This document shows, one piece after another, positions 1 through 10,329 of a DNA stretch of 64,000 nt (position 1 is the stretch's first letter; each line of letters begins with the position of its first letter). Both the position numbers and the translations under genes were made by a program. The notes beneath the pieces were generated by a model. The model was not told the DNA's origin and made no database searches. It saw only the letters and a program-made list of their open reading frames with translations. Source of the DNA: a virus; the IMG/VR virus record IMGVR_UViG_3300021356_000002; one strand, written 5' to 3'.

Positions 1-1312
1 CAGACGAGCCAGAGCCGATACTTTTAATGCTTCTTAGTGAGCTGGCTGAATCGACGCGAACATCATACACATAGACACGATAATTTGCACCATCTTCTTC
101 GACAGCACGAATTCTTGCAGTGCCTAACGAAGATCCACCAGCCTGAAAATCGTCATATAGATTGACTTGTGCATGATCCAGATCAGGTAGACCACGATTA
201 CTGTCTGCTAAGAAGTAATTACCATAACTGATCGGAATGACATCATTATCGACAGTCTCAGTTACTAGTGGCTTAGGAACACTCAAACGAGTAGCAGTTG
301 CTCTTTCGACACGATAACCATTGACATATGCCATACCTGGTGATACAATCACATCGAAATTAGAATCCCTTGCACTGAAAGTTCTTTCGTCTACACTTAC
401 TCTGAATGGATCGACGATGTAGTTACCAGACTCTTCGAACGTTCTTTGTGCAATTAGATCGTTGATCGTGTTGTATGCATCAATCTCTTTGACTTGCTCA
501 ACGATCTTTGAATTTTCGATATTAGCCACAAACACGAATGTGTCATTAGCAGTTACTTTACTCAATTCGGTAAGTTGCAGATTGATTCTAAGACGATCAG
601 CACCAGGTGAAGCCGTGTTAACAATACCATTTGCGTTGTCGAACAAAGAAGTGTCATCATTGACAGTGACAACTTCTTGAACAACCTTAAATCCTACAGT
701 CGTAGTCGCAGAGGCTGTATATGGAGACAGAATAATAGACTGTTCAGTTGTGTGAACAAAGTGACCTAAAACAAAGAAGTCTCCTTCGCCCAAAGTAAAT
801 CTAACGCCCTTACCAGTCGCATTAGGAGTTTCAGTAGTAATCTGATAACCACCACCAGACTGATCAAACAAAACTACTCCATCATCAAACTTCTCATTTG
901 CACCCGCGCCAGAATTTACATACTGGACATAAAGAGTATCAAGAACAAAACCTTCATCAACGTTTCTAGGCTTTAAGTCGATTACTTTCGCTTCAACACC
1001 TGTGTTGGTGTCTTTGAATATGGTACCAATAGGAATATCAGTAAACGCACCGCCAGCATTTACAGCCGAGACTTTGATATAGTCAATACTTGCATCAACA
1101 GCCATGCCTCCAGTATTGACCGCGGCACCTTCTTTGAAAACGTTTTTACCAAATCTAGCAAGTTCTTGAAAGATGATTGTCTGTAGTTGCGTCAACTCTC
1201 GCGCTTGTAGAGCGCGTCCGTTGTTAAAGAGGACTTGATGAAAATTGTTATCCTCATTAAAATCATCTGAATAAATGCCAGATAGCGTATTGGATGTGAA
1301 TTCTGTTGCCAT
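1..1312 (-). CDS. DUF4815/VrlC-like large baseplate/tail structural protein (5' part; runs off window start)
   Basis: Not in ORF track. ATG at 1312 reads MATEFTSNTLSGIYSDDFNEDNNFHQVLFNNGRALQARELTQLQTII, the DDF..F...LF..G..QARELTQLQ signature; follows gp8 as in marine T4-like phages. Confidence 0.85.
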   Translation of the reverse strand, partial: MATEFTSNTLSGIYSDDFNEDNNFHQVLFNNGRALQARELTQLQTIIFQELARFGKNVFKEGAAVNTGGMAVDASIDYIKVSAVNAGGAFTDIPIGTIFKDTNTGVEAKVIDLKPRNVDEGFVLDTLYVQYVNSGAGANEKFDDGVVLFDQSGGGYQITTETPNATGKGVRFTLGEGDFFVLGHFVHTTEQSIILSPYTASATTTVGFKVVQEVVTVNDDTSLFDNANGIVNTASPGADRLRINLQLTELSKVTANDTFVFVANIENSKIVEQVKEIDAYNTINDLIAQRTFEESGNYIVDPFRVSVDERTFSARDSNFDVIVSPGMAYVNGYRVERATATRLSVPKPLVTETVDNDVIPISYGNYFLADSNRGLPDLDHAQVNLYDDFQAGGSSLGTARIRAVEEDGANYRVYVYDVRVDSASSLRSIKSIGSGSS

Positions 1313-1315
1313 TTT

Positions 1316-2692
1316 TTATCCTAATTGAATAACTATTCTAATGTCTTCGGTTTGATCTGCTTCACGAGTAATTGCTTCATCGAGTGTATTTATGTATAAA
1401 ATCTCACCTGAATATGCATCAATGTCGGGATCAACAACACCTGTAATCGTTGCTGTACCGCCCTGTTCGTTAACTAATGCCATTCCAGCAACAAAGGTGC
1501 CGTTTTCGGATTGCGGGCTTTCAAATCCTGTTTCAACGTCTTGATAATAGTAAAGAGTGTTTGTATCAAGATAAAGAATCTTGCCTGTGATTGTTGCTTG
1601 TGCATTAGTGAAAGTGTCGCCTTCTATCCATACACCTGTAACACCATCTACCGTCAGTACTTTAGAGGCTTGTCCTGTATTTCCATTGTAAGCAGAATCA
1701 GTGCCGTATCGTGTCAATCCCTTAATAATTCCCACTTGATGAAATTCAGTGTCGTTGGCTACGATAGTGCCCTCTTCGCGACCTATGAAATCTGTTTGTA
1801 GCATGAGTTCTCGACACTTAAGATCGCTGATTGGATCAGCACCGAGTCCTATTCGTGGTGCGATTACTGGTCTGAGAGATGCACCAGAACCACCGCCTGG
1901 ATCTGTAACTGTAATAGACGCATAATCATAATCTGCGCCGTGCAAGAATCCACCAAGTCCGTTTGAATCACATCTTACATTTACGATTCTATTATCGAAA
2001 ATGTCTGCTATAAATCGAGCACCTGCTCCATTACCTGTGAACGTAAGTGTAGGGTTCGTATAATTGTCGCCACCACTGTCAATGATAACGCCTAGAATCT
2101 GTCCACCAATAGCACTATCTTGCAAATTCAGTTGTTGAATCTCTTCGGGAATTGTAGTCGTTCTGTCAACTATCTGTTTGATTGGAGCGTATTGTCTAGT
2201 TTGAAAACTACCAGCCGCAAAGTTACTGATTGTGTACATGAAGCGCCAAAGATAGCCATCGTTCGTTCTAAAAGACTTTGCTTGATTTTTTGCTTGAAAA
2301 GAATTAGGCTCAGTAAATGCAGGCTGAATACTGCCATCATCCAAACGACCCTGCTCAAGGCACAAAAAGACTTCACGGGCACTGTTAATTACGTAGAAAT
2401 TTGTTTGAAAAGGATCGTTGTTGTCGTAAGGCTCGTATATCTGACCGCTTTCCCAATTGACAACCGAAATCACATACGATGCATTACTCATAATTTTAAC
2501 TGATTGCAAAGTATGTCTAAACTTATCTTGATTAAATTTTGAGCCTACGATAGCCTCAGTAATCCCATCAGCGTCGGTAATGGGATCTGATCTGGCAATT
2601 CCTATATGATAAGGCGGAGAAGAACTATCAACATCTGCTTTAAACAGAGTCAATAGATGCTCTCTCATACTGTTAGTTGCGGATGCTGGCAT
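1316..2692 (-). CDS. gp8: Baseplate wedge subunit gp8-like
   Basis: FYVINS..VFLCL and DGYLWRFMYTIS motifs; C-terminal ITR..DQTEDIRIVIQL; position. Confidence 0.85.
   Translation of the reverse strand: MPASATNSMREHLLTLFKADVDSSSPPYHIGIARSDPITDADGITEAIVGSKFNQDKFRHTLQSVKIMSNASYVISVVNWESGQIYEPYDNNDPFQTNFYVINSAREVFLCLEQGRLDDGSIQPAFTEPNSFQAKNQAKSFRTNDGYLWRFMYTISNFAAGSFQTRQYAPIKQIVDRTTTIPEEIQQLNLQDSAIGGQILGVIIDSGGDNYTNPTLTFTGNGAGARFIADIFDNRIVNVRCDSNGLGGFLHGADYDYASITVTDPGGGSGASLRPVIAPRIGLGADPISDLKCRELMLQTDFIGREEGTIVANDTEFHQVGIIKGLTRYGTDSAYNGNTGQASKVLTVDGVTGVWIEGDTFTNAQATITGKILYLDTNTLYYYQDVETGFESPQSENGTFVAGMALVNEQGGTATITGVVDPDIDAYSGEILYINTLDEAITREADQTEDIRIVIQLG
1387..1394 (-). promoter_or_regulatory. 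Late promoter variant (CATAAATA) upstream of the DUF4815 gene
   Basis: One mismatch to T4 late consensus, 75 nt upstream of ATG 1312. Confidence 0.45.
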
Positions 2693-2716
2693 AAGTAATT
2701 CTCTTTAACGATGTTC

Positions 2717-2724
2717 TATTTATA
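2717..2724 (-). promoter_or_regulatory. T4-type late promoter TATAAATA
   Basis: Exact consensus at the gp6/gp8 junction, 25 nt upstream of gp8. Confidence 0.8.
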
Positions 2725-4504
2725 ACGTATCTGTAATAACTGCACGTGCACGTGATGCTTGATTGTCATAACGAACGATATTGTTTCGTAGAGGACTAAT
2801 TACTGACGGATTAGCTGGCGTTGCGACAACCCTAATGTATGCACCATTCAAAATCGTGCCAGTAAAATTAAGTAATGTAATAGTTCCATTCACAGCATCA
2901 TATGTGCCGGCATTATCGATCAAAGGATTGCCAGATGCAATCTCAATGATTTCTATAATGTTTGTGTCTAGCCTATTTTTTAAGACACACGGTTTACTTT
3001 GAAAGTTGAAAGGATCCGATTCTACAATGAAATTGTCATCGTCTGGAGCAGAAATGGCAGCCGCAAAGAAAATAGTTTGTGACGGCGAGCCATCGGGCAC
3101 AAATCTCTTCTGCATTTTAATGTCCGCTCTACTAGACAATATCGCATCATCTGTTGCGTCAATTTCAGTCAACATATTTGAACGACGGAAAGCCTGATTG
3201 AATCCACCTGTGCTTGTGTCGAAATAACTCTGCATAGCCGCCAAAACTGAATTTTCTACTGTTGTTGTATCAAGTGATGTCAACTGTGGATTAAACTGAA
3301 ATGTCGTAGTAACTTCAAGAAACGTTTCGACAGGATCTGTAAATTGAACATCAAACGATGCAATCGACAAATCGTCAGCAAGCGCAGTGATGTCACTTTT
3401 CGTGTTCTCAATTACTACGGCATCATCTGTGCTAAAGACGATTGACAGATATACAGAGCCATAGTCAGCAGGTATATTATCTTCACCACCCCACGCTTTA
3501 ATGTCACTCACCACATTAGAAAAGTTTCGTTTAACAAGTGCGGCGTAGTCTTGTGCTGTTACCATTCGATTCTGGGCTGCCCACTGAAATGGCGCGTTCT
3601 TTCGAATAGACTCGATCTCTTCTTTAAATGAACCACTTGAAGAAACAGAGACAGTAGTAACACTCAACGTCTTGCCGTCGATAGTTGTTGTGGGAACAAA
3701 TGTTTTACCACCATTGGCTTCTGGTCCAGCAACAGCAGAGTAGATGACTTCAATCTTGTCACCCGCTTGAGGGAATCGACCAAGTCGAACGCCATTACCA
3801 AATGTCAGTTCGTAATAGCCGTTAGGCGATTCTTTCATAACATAAATTCGTGACGTTTCGTCAATTGTGGTTGTGTCAAAAATATTAATGTATTGATCAT
3901 ATCGATTAGATGTGATACTATCGTATACACGCACAACTACAGTATCGAGATCGAGATTTTTCACGGGAAGAACGTATGTGTCATTTTCGCTCGATGGACC
4001 TGCAATGAAAGTTTTGCGCTTAGTCACTCCTTCATAAATCGGAACGTTTCGATTGCCATTCAGAGTAAACTGATAAACGCCTGTGCCGTCTGCTAAAGCA
4101 GTTAATGCATCTCGCGTCTGAAACGTGTAACTTTTACTGTTGATAGTAGTAGTGAATTTTGTGCCAGACGGAATAGTCATTGAGGATGGATTGTCGTTGT
4201 TTGTGACTTGCAAATTGACCACAGCAAACGAAGCCTTTCTTGATCCTACGCTATAGCCTAGACCGCCAGCAAGACCTACGAGAGACGATCTAAGTTGCGC
4301 AGAACTTAAAAACGATTCGTTCAAAGCAAAGTTAGCCATTAACGCATTGTAGTGCGTATTGTAAGCGAGAACATCAAGCAGATTTGAAAGACCAGACGCT
4401 TCGAAGTTATAGTCGGCAAACTCCGGTTTCTGTGCCAAAAACAATTTCAAATTGTTCTTGATCGTGTTAAAATCTAGTTCTGTTGACTTAATGGTAGTCG
4501 CCAT
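2720..4504 (-). CDS. gp6: Baseplate wedge subunit gp6
   Basis: ELDFNTIKNNLK..DYNFEASGLSNLLDVLAYNTHYNA and QNRMVTAQDY motifs. Confidence 0.95.
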   Translation of the reverse strand: MATTIKSTELDFNTIKNNLKLFLAQKPEFADYNFEASGLSNLLDVLAYNTHYNALMANFALNESFLSSAQLRSSLVGLAGGLGYSVGSRKASFAVVNLQVTNNDNPSSMTIPSGTKFTTTINSKSYTFQTRDALTALADGTGVYQFTLNGNRNVPIYEGVTKRKTFIAGPSSENDTYVLPVKNLDLDTVVVRVYDSITSNRYDQYINIFDTTTIDETSRIYVMKESPNGYYELTFGNGVRLGRFPQAGDKIEVIYSAVAGPEANGGKTFVPTTTIDGKTLSVTTVSVSSSGSFKEEIESIRKNAPFQWAAQNRMVTAQDYAALVKRNFSNVVSDIKAWGGEDNIPADYGSVYLSIVFSTDDAVVIENTKSDITALADDLSIASFDVQFTDPVETFLEVTTTFQFNPQLTSLDTTTVENSVLAAMQSYFDTSTGGFNQAFRRSNMLTEIDATDDAILSSRADIKMQKRFVPDGSPSQTIFFAAAISAPDDDNFIVESDPFNFQSKPCVLKNRLDTNIIEIIEIASGNPLIDNAGTYDAVNGTITLLNFTGTILNGAYIRVVATPANPSVISPLRNNIVRYDNQASRARAVITDTL

Positions 4505-4516
4505 TTTTTACTCCGA

Positions 4517-5278
4517 TTAATCGATAACTTGTTCTGGTAGCAAGAAGTCTTCGCCGTTCTGTAGTGATATCTGATCACCATCTGGCACTGTAAGAATACC
4601 CTCAAGAAGATCAGAATCAATAAGCAGTACGCCTTCAATAAAGCCATTGAACAATGCGAAGATCATATCTGAATCTGGATCTGTCAGCAGTGCATCAACA
4701 GGCGGTATTACCAGATCACGTTTGACCAAATCACCACGATATGTGGCAAGACGATCATCATTCTCTGCACGAATAATATCATTGTAGATAATAAACGGCT
4801 CGGTTGTAATCGGCAGTGAAGGAATTTCAGTTGGCGCAGATGGATTAAGAGAAACTTTTAGTGTTTCAACTAATCCAGTAGCGACTACTCTAAACTCAAC
4901 CACCACCGATACATTATTGTAATCTGGTGTTGCTACAACTTTAACATTTAATACTTTAGCCCTAGGCTCGTAACGCTGAATTGCTTTCTTTATTTTGCCG
5001 ATGATCTCTTCACCGGTGTCTTCATCCATCAACTCAAATAGAAGACCACCAAGATCAGCGCCATAATTTGGACGATACGGCTTTTCGAATCTGTTCGTCA
5101 TCAACAGATTCTTAACAGCCTGTTTTACAGAAGCCGCATCAGTCTTTTTAAAAACATCTCCGTCAGAAGTTGGCGTTCTGGCATTTAAAGACAAGTCAAT
5201 ATCCGAGTAGTCACGCTCTTTTACAACGCGAATGCTCGTTTCTAGATTGCCGTCTTCTGTAGAGAATTTTTTAGCCAT
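4517..5278 (-). CDS. gp25: Baseplate wedge subunit gp25 with ~110 aa C-terminal extension
   Basis: YSDIDLS..SVKQAVKNLLMT..EKPYRPNYG..IQRYEPR motif. Confidence 0.9.
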   Translation of the reverse strand: MAKKFSTEDGNLETSIRVVKERDYSDIDLSLNARTPTSDGDVFKKTDAASVKQAVKNLLMTNRFEKPYRPNYGADLGGLLFELMDEDTGEEIIGKIKKAIQRYEPRAKVLNVKVVATPDYNNVSVVVEFRVVATGLVETLKVSLNPSAPTEIPSLPITTEPFIIYNDIIRAENDDRLATYRGDLVKRDLVIPPVDALLTDPDSDMIFALFNGFIEGVLLIDSDLLEGILTVPDGDQISLQNGEDFLLPEQVID

Positions 5279-5303
5279 TGTAAACCTAAAAAGCTTTTTC
5301 GTT

Positions 5304-5311
5304 TATTTATA
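5304..5311 (-). promoter_or_regulatory. T4-type late promoter TATAAATA
   Basis: Exact consensus in the intergenic gap upstream of gp25. Confidence 0.8.
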
Positions 5312-6049
5312 TCAATCGTCAGGAAGAATTTCTAGCAGTTCGTTTTTAGTCTGAAGTTCGCCGTTATATGTTGTCTCTACGTTGTACGAGTACGAAACGT
5401 CATAACTCGATGGCACCTCAGGCATTTCTAAAACTATTTGGCACGTTAAGTCACCATTTGGATCGTATGTGTCGTAATCCAGGGTTAATTTGTCGTAATC
5501 GATGTAATCTTTCCAAAACACCGCTAGATCAAATGTCTTGCGTGGATCAGTCTTGCCATTCTTATCAATTAACTGATACACAATTGCTCGACCCTCTCTG
5601 CGCAAATCGTTTACGCTACCACCGCTGGGTCGTTCACCAACATACAAAGGAATACGTGCAATCCATCCTTCGGGTCCTTTACCAAAAGAACCGCCATCGT
5701 TTTCACGTGCAAGTTTCTTTGCCTGATCTTTTGATCCAGCTGGTATTTCTTGAATCTCAAATTTTGGATTTGGCTCGTAGATACCTTCAGACACAATTAG
5801 TCGATGCTGTCCGAACGTCATATTGCCAATCACCGTCTTCATTGCATTTGCGTGTAACACAAGATTACGTGCAATCTGTTTTAGATCGGGCGCTCCAAAA
5901 AAGCCTTTTGCATACAGCTTTTCAAACTGTGTACGTGAGCCACGCGCACCCAGAAACTTTGCGCACGTGATGCCTGGACCTAGTTTAGTCGATGACGTAA
6001 TCTGACTTTCAAACTCAGGATTATATTGTGGATCAACTAATATCTTCAT
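5312..6049 (-). CDS. Tail-spike-associated protein, degenerate peptidase M15-like fold
   Basis: Motif spacing resembles M15A (IVSEGIY ~ ITSGYR; GRAIVYQ ~ G.AVDI; YDKLTLDY ~ FDQLILEY) but Zn ligands are absent; coupled to gp5C. Confidence 0.5.
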   Translation of the reverse strand: MKILVDPQYNPEFESQITSSTKLGPGITCAKFLGARGSRTQFEKLYAKGFFGAPDLKQIARNLVLHANAMKTVIGNMTFGQHRLIVSEGIYEPNPKFEIQEIPAGSKDQAKKLARENDGGSFGKGPEGWIARIPLYVGERPSGGSVNDLRREGRAIVYQLIDKNGKTDPRKTFDLAVFWKDYIDYDKLTLDYDTYDPNGDLTCQIVLEMPEVPSSYDVSYSYNVETTYNGELQTKNELLEILPDD

Positions 6050-7512
6050 TACTTATTCACTCGGAATCGTTTGCTTCTGTTTTCAGCAGGATTGTTGCCT
6101 ATCAAGTTAGTACCAAATCGAATCGTGCCCTGCTTCGAAGCAGATCGACCAATGTTCTTTGGTATGTTCTTCTTAAAGTCTTTATTGAGTTTACCCTGTG
6201 ACACAAGATAACTCGTAAACTTACCGTTATTGAAATGTTGCGGATCACGCAACTTAGAACGTACTTCAGAGATCGTTGGATCAAAGTTAAATAGTTCTTC
6301 ATAATCGTCTGACTTGAGAATCTTGTCTTTTAATTTGGGATCTACTACTACGTTACGAACACCATAATTGCTCGATGCCAACTGCATTTCTACTACCGCT
6401 GGATTAGGAATAGGTGCAGTAGCGGGCAAAGGAATGTACGGCATAATCCCCGGCTTGGGCGGCACAGGAATTGGAGGCTTTCCAGCGCCAAGTTTAATCG
6501 CTTTCAATGCTGTAGCGGCAGCACCTGCACTCTTTGAAAAACCAGCTTGTGATGCAAACATTGCATAGTCAGCGTGAAATGCTTCAGTCGCACGACCGAC
6601 AAGTGAGCCATAAAACGTAGCCAACTGTGTGATGCCTGCAGGAAAACCACCGTACGTCTTGCCGTAGTGATCAAGCAGAGGTCCACCAATCGTGCCTTTG
6701 TGACCAATCATACTTACGTGACGTGCAGTAATGTTTGCTGTAGAAGATGCGGCTACCCACTCATTTACAGCAGTTGTGATAAGATTTTCTCCTGCTAGTA
6801 TTTCAGTTGTGCCCTGAGTAAACTGATTGAGATCGCCTCCTGTAATAAGATTCTGATCACCAAGCACTGTAGACGTAGCCATCTCTACAACCTGTTCGCT
6901 TCGTGAACCACGTATTGTGTAGTTCTGATCGCGATTGACTACTTTTGTGTGTCTTCCTTTGATGTCTTCTTTCTTGTCTCCGGCAACATTGAGATTGTAA
7001 TTACCAGCAACATCCACATTGAAATCACCGTCGATACGTAGATTAACATTACCTTTGTAAACAAGTGTTCCTTCTCCCTCGACGATAGTGGTTGCGTCTC
7101 CCTGAGATACTTCTACTCGCTGAGACTTAGATGATATGACAACAGAACCGTCAGCCCGCATTTCGATGCCAGCACCGGTACGATGCTTGAACAATACGCG
7201 CTCACCACCAGGAGTGTCATCGATTTCGATAACGTGACCAGATGGCGTTTCTTGCACTTGATTGTATGGGTATTGTGACGGCTTCTGGTCAGGCACGTCA
7301 AGTGCGACTCCAAAGTCTCCACCACCCAAATCGAGATTGTTGATTCTTTCGCCCGTTGCGGCTTTGTTTACACTAGTACCGAAAAAGTAATCGCGATTAG
7401 GATACTCACCAGACGCATCAGCGAAGCCTTCGTTAGGAACGCCAACAGTTTCTTCTTGACCTTCGCCAAGTTCATTGATTCTGCCTTGAAGATCGTCTAA
7501 CTTATTCGTCAT
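6049..7512 (-). CDS. gp5: gp5 C-terminal part (beta-helix spike)
   Basis: YPYNQVQETPSGHVIEIDDTPGGERV..HRTG motif followed by VxG beta-helix repeats. Confidence 0.85.
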   Translation of the reverse strand: MTNKLDDLQGRINELGEGQEETVGVPNEGFADASGEYPNRDYFFGTSVNKAATGERINNLDLGGGDFGVALDVPDQKPSQYPYNQVQETPSGHVIEIDDTPGGERVLFKHRTGAGIEMRADGSVVISSKSQRVEVSQGDATTIVEGEGTLVYKGNVNLRIDGDFNVDVAGNYNLNVAGDKKEDIKGRHTKVVNRDQNYTIRGSRSEQVVEMATSTVLGDQNLITGGDLNQFTQGTTEILAGENLITTAVNEWVAASSTANITARHVSMIGHKGTIGGPLLDHYGKTYGGFPAGITQLATFYGSLVGRATEAFHADYAMFASQAGFSKSAGAAATALKAIKLGAGKPPIPVPPKPGIMPYIPLPATAPIPNPAVVEMQLASSNYGVRNVVVDPKLKDKILKSDDYEELFNFDPTISEVRSKLRDPQHFNNGKFTSYLVSQGKLNKDFKKNIPKNIGRSASKQGTIRFGTNLIGNNPAENRSKRFRVNK

Positions 7513-9460
7513 CGCTTAAAATCTCGTCAACTGTTAGTGGTGCTTGATTCAGTATGTCAGTAAACTTCGATGTCTTTCCAAAAACGTTTTCAACGTAGTT
7601 GATGACTTCAAAGCCAGGATCAACTTCTTCTTCGTCAATCTCGCTGTGACCAACGATTTGACCACCAGGAAATACTGCATAAAATGCTCGACAAAAATGA
7701 TCGAATGTGTTAAGCTGGCTACGGGTCAATGACTGCGAAGACAAAAAGTTTTCTGGGTTTGGTGTACCAGACGGCACATTGATTCCACCCACAAACACAA
7801 CGCCTATACTTCTTTCGTCATGATTATTCGTTGGCGCATGTTGACCCTTAGTGTTGATCGGTCTCGCTCTTTGCAGTGATCCGTCTCGACGAATGACATA
7901 GTGGTAGCCAATTCCATCGAGTCCCAACTCCAAGTGGTATTTATTTATTTCTTCTGAACCAATATTCTTGTCAGTGTGCGTTTCTGTCCAGTGAACAACT
8001 GCCTCAGTAATGTCGCGTTTAGCATAGCGAAGTTCTGCCTGCAATTCTTCAATCGAAGAAATGTATGGGAATCTAGGATCATCTTGCCCTTTGTTCCATT
8101 CTTTTTCGTAATTACCAATTACATAAGGTTCATTAAACACAGCGTCCTCAGGAGACACTCTGGTCGAATTTTCTATGGTAGTGTCAATTGTCTTTAAGAA
8201 TTGGCGGATCGTGTCAACTGGTTTACCTGTCTTATCAAACAAGAGGCGAACAGCCTTTGAAATTTCGTCAGAACTGCCCTGCGACCAGTTGATAATGTTA
8301 TTGACTTCTTCTGAACTTAATTTGCCATTTCCAAAATCACGAACCTGCTTCTTGACATCTGTAAGTGTTTCTGTACTAATACCTTGAATAACACCTGTCT
8401 CAGAACCTTTCGCAACACGTGTCTTCACAAGTGAGCGATATGCATCACCCTTTGAAGTATAGTTTGCACGTGAACCCGAAGCTCCTTGTACGGAGTTTAA
8501 AACAGCTTCACCATCTTTACCGCCAGTAAGATTTTCGAAGTCAGACTTAGCGCCTTCTAGATTCTGCTTGATGTTCTTCGCATCAGTAAATGAGTTTGAC
8601 AGGTCTGCAATAGGATTGGTCTTGTTCTTGAGAATGCCTGTATTAAACTCAGAACTGTCTGTGTTGCCTGCCGTAATTCTAGACGATACTTCATTGACGG
8701 TGTTGTATATCAATTCGCCAGCACCATCAGAATCAATACTAGTAATCTTTTGTACCGTAGTGTTTAGATTAGAAATATTTGAAAGAGTATCACCGACAGC
8801 CGTTTCTAATTCATCGGTTACACTCGTGATAGCATTACTTGCAAAATCTTTAATACCTTGTGCAGAAAATGCGCCCATCTTTCCATCTAATAAATCTTTA
8901 CCTGCATCAAGAATGCCTTGAGGACTACCTTCTACAATCGCTTTCTGTAGATTACCTGCGTCAACGCCCAAGCCCGTGATCAACTGTAGCACTGCGGCTA
9001 CTGTGCCTGAAATGCCGCCCTCTGCATCGAGCGATGCTTCGATAGGAAATACAATGCCGTTTGAATCTGGTTCGCTGAATGTGACTTCGACCTTAGATGC
9101 AAACTTAGAAGCAAGATTAGAAATGGCTTCTTCAACCATTTCAGTTCCCATGTTCTCAAGGCTTTCAATTCCGTCGTCGAGCAAGCCTTCTACAGTGCCA
9201 GCAGGATCGTTCAGTTTATCCTGAAACTTATCAAATTTTGACGAAAGGCTTTGAATGCCGCCTTCTACTTGTCCAGCAATACTGCCCGCAGTAGTTTCTA
9301 AAGAATTTGTGAGATCATTTGCCGCTTGAGTCGCAGTCGATTCCAACTGTGATGTGTCAATCGATGACGCAGTGTTTGCTACTTCATCCGCTAACTGTTC
9401 TTTCGCCGTCTTTGCGGCTTGTTTGACAAGCGTTTGACCCGCTTCTATTTTAGATACCAT
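7502..9460 (-). CDS. Virion-associated N-acetylmuramoyl-L-alanine amidase (Amidase_2) with long N-terminal helical region
   Basis: C-terminal VVHWT..IGYHYVIRRDG..H..SIGVVFVGG..VGHSE..DPGF (T7 lysozyme/AmpD type). Confidence 0.85.
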   Translation of the reverse strand: MVSKIEAGQTLVKQAAKTAKEQLADEVANTASSIDTSQLESTATQAANDLTNSLETTAGSIAGQVEGGIQSLSSKFDKFQDKLNDPAGTVEGLLDDGIESLENMGTEMVEEAISNLASKFASKVEVTFSEPDSNGIVFPIEASLDAEGGISGTVAAVLQLITGLGVDAGNLQKAIVEGSPQGILDAGKDLLDGKMGAFSAQGIKDFASNAITSVTDELETAVGDTLSNISNLNTTVQKITSIDSDGAGELIYNTVNEVSSRITAGNTDSSEFNTGILKNKTNPIADLSNSFTDAKNIKQNLEGAKSDFENLTGGKDGEAVLNSVQGASGSRANYTSKGDAYRSLVKTRVAKGSETGVIQGISTETLTDVKKQVRDFGNGKLSSEEVNNIINWSQGSSDEISKAVRLLFDKTGKPVDTIRQFLKTIDTTIENSTRVSPEDAVFNEPYVIGNYEKEWNKGQDDPRFPYISSIEELQAELRYAKRDITEAVVHWTETHTDKNIGSEEINKYHLELGLDGIGYHYVIRRDGSLQRARPINTKGQHAPTNNHDERSIGVVFVGGINVPSGTPNPENFLSSQSLTRSQLNTFDHFCRAFYAVFPGGQIVGHSEIDEEEVDPGFEVINYVENVFGKTSKFTDILNQAPLTVDEILSDDE

Positions 9461-10329
9461 TATGAAAAGACCTCATCGTACGCTCTCTGTGCGAGCCTAT
9501 CAGTTTGATTAGTTCCTTTGATATAGTCGCGATTAATAATAGCACTCGCATCTTTAATATTTGTGGTCACAATTAATTTGCTGTTTGCGAGATTGAATCT
9601 TGTTCTCAGTTCATACAGAACGAATTGTAACTGTAAAGAAAATAGTCTCCAGTCTGAGCTAGGAGAAAACTTAACAGCAAAGTTCAATAGATCAGCAAAT
9701 CGACTACCGACTTCTGTAGTGTTCTTCCATTTTACAATTCCAACGGTGGCAGATGTAGTATCGTCATCGTACGTTACAAAAGATGACTTACCCTCAATTG
9801 CGCCCGTAATAGCCGCGGCATGTATAATCTCGTAGCCGTTGTCAATAAAAAACTTCATACACTGTTGACGGCGAAGACCGACACCAACGTCATCTTCACG
9901 ATCATCTTTTAAAGGTGTTGTGACAACATTCTGAAGTCTTTCTTGGTTATATTCGAACTTGTCTTCGAACGAAATACTACGACCGCTTTGTATAGCAGTA
10001 GGAAATTCAACACGAGGCACAGAACCCAACACTAAAGGAATCTGCGAAGAGCAACCGTCAAGAAAAACACCAAACACAAATGCGCCAGACGTTAGTTGAG
10101 GAATACGACCAATGCCAGATGAGCCGCCTTCGGTTGTCGGTAACAAGACTTGTGCCCATGGCAGATCGCGCTCTGGTATTTCGTCTGTGACGGGATTGTG
10201 CACTCCGTAGATACGCACTTTCACGCGCCCTTCAAGACCTGCTGGCGGATGAGAGTTTACTACCGTACCGAAGAACCAGCGATAGTCATCACCGTAATAC
10301 TCTTTTTGTATGGGTCTTAGTACATTCAT
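9460..10329 (-). CDS. gp5: gp5 N-terminal OB-fold fused to a phage-tail-lysozyme-like domain
   Basis: WFFGTVV..GRVKVRIYGVH..DLPWAQV..VFGVFLDG; C-terminal AAAITG..GIVKW..R..L..FA..LQLQFVLYEL. Confidence 0.85.
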   Translation of the reverse strand: MNVLRPIQKEYYGDDYRWFFGTVVNSHPPAGLEGRVKVRIYGVHNPVTDEIPERDLPWAQVLLPTTEGGSSGIGRIPQLTSGAFVFGVFLDGCSSQIPLVLGSVPRVEFPTAIQSGRSISFEDKFEYNQERLQNVVTTPLKDDREDDVGVGLRRQQCMKFFIDNGYEIIHAAAITGAIEGKSSFVTYDDDTTSATVGIVKWKNTTEVGSRFADLLNFAVKFSPSSDWRLFSLQLQFVLYELRTRFNLANSKLIVTTNIKDASAIINRDYIKGTNQTDRLAQRAYDEVFS

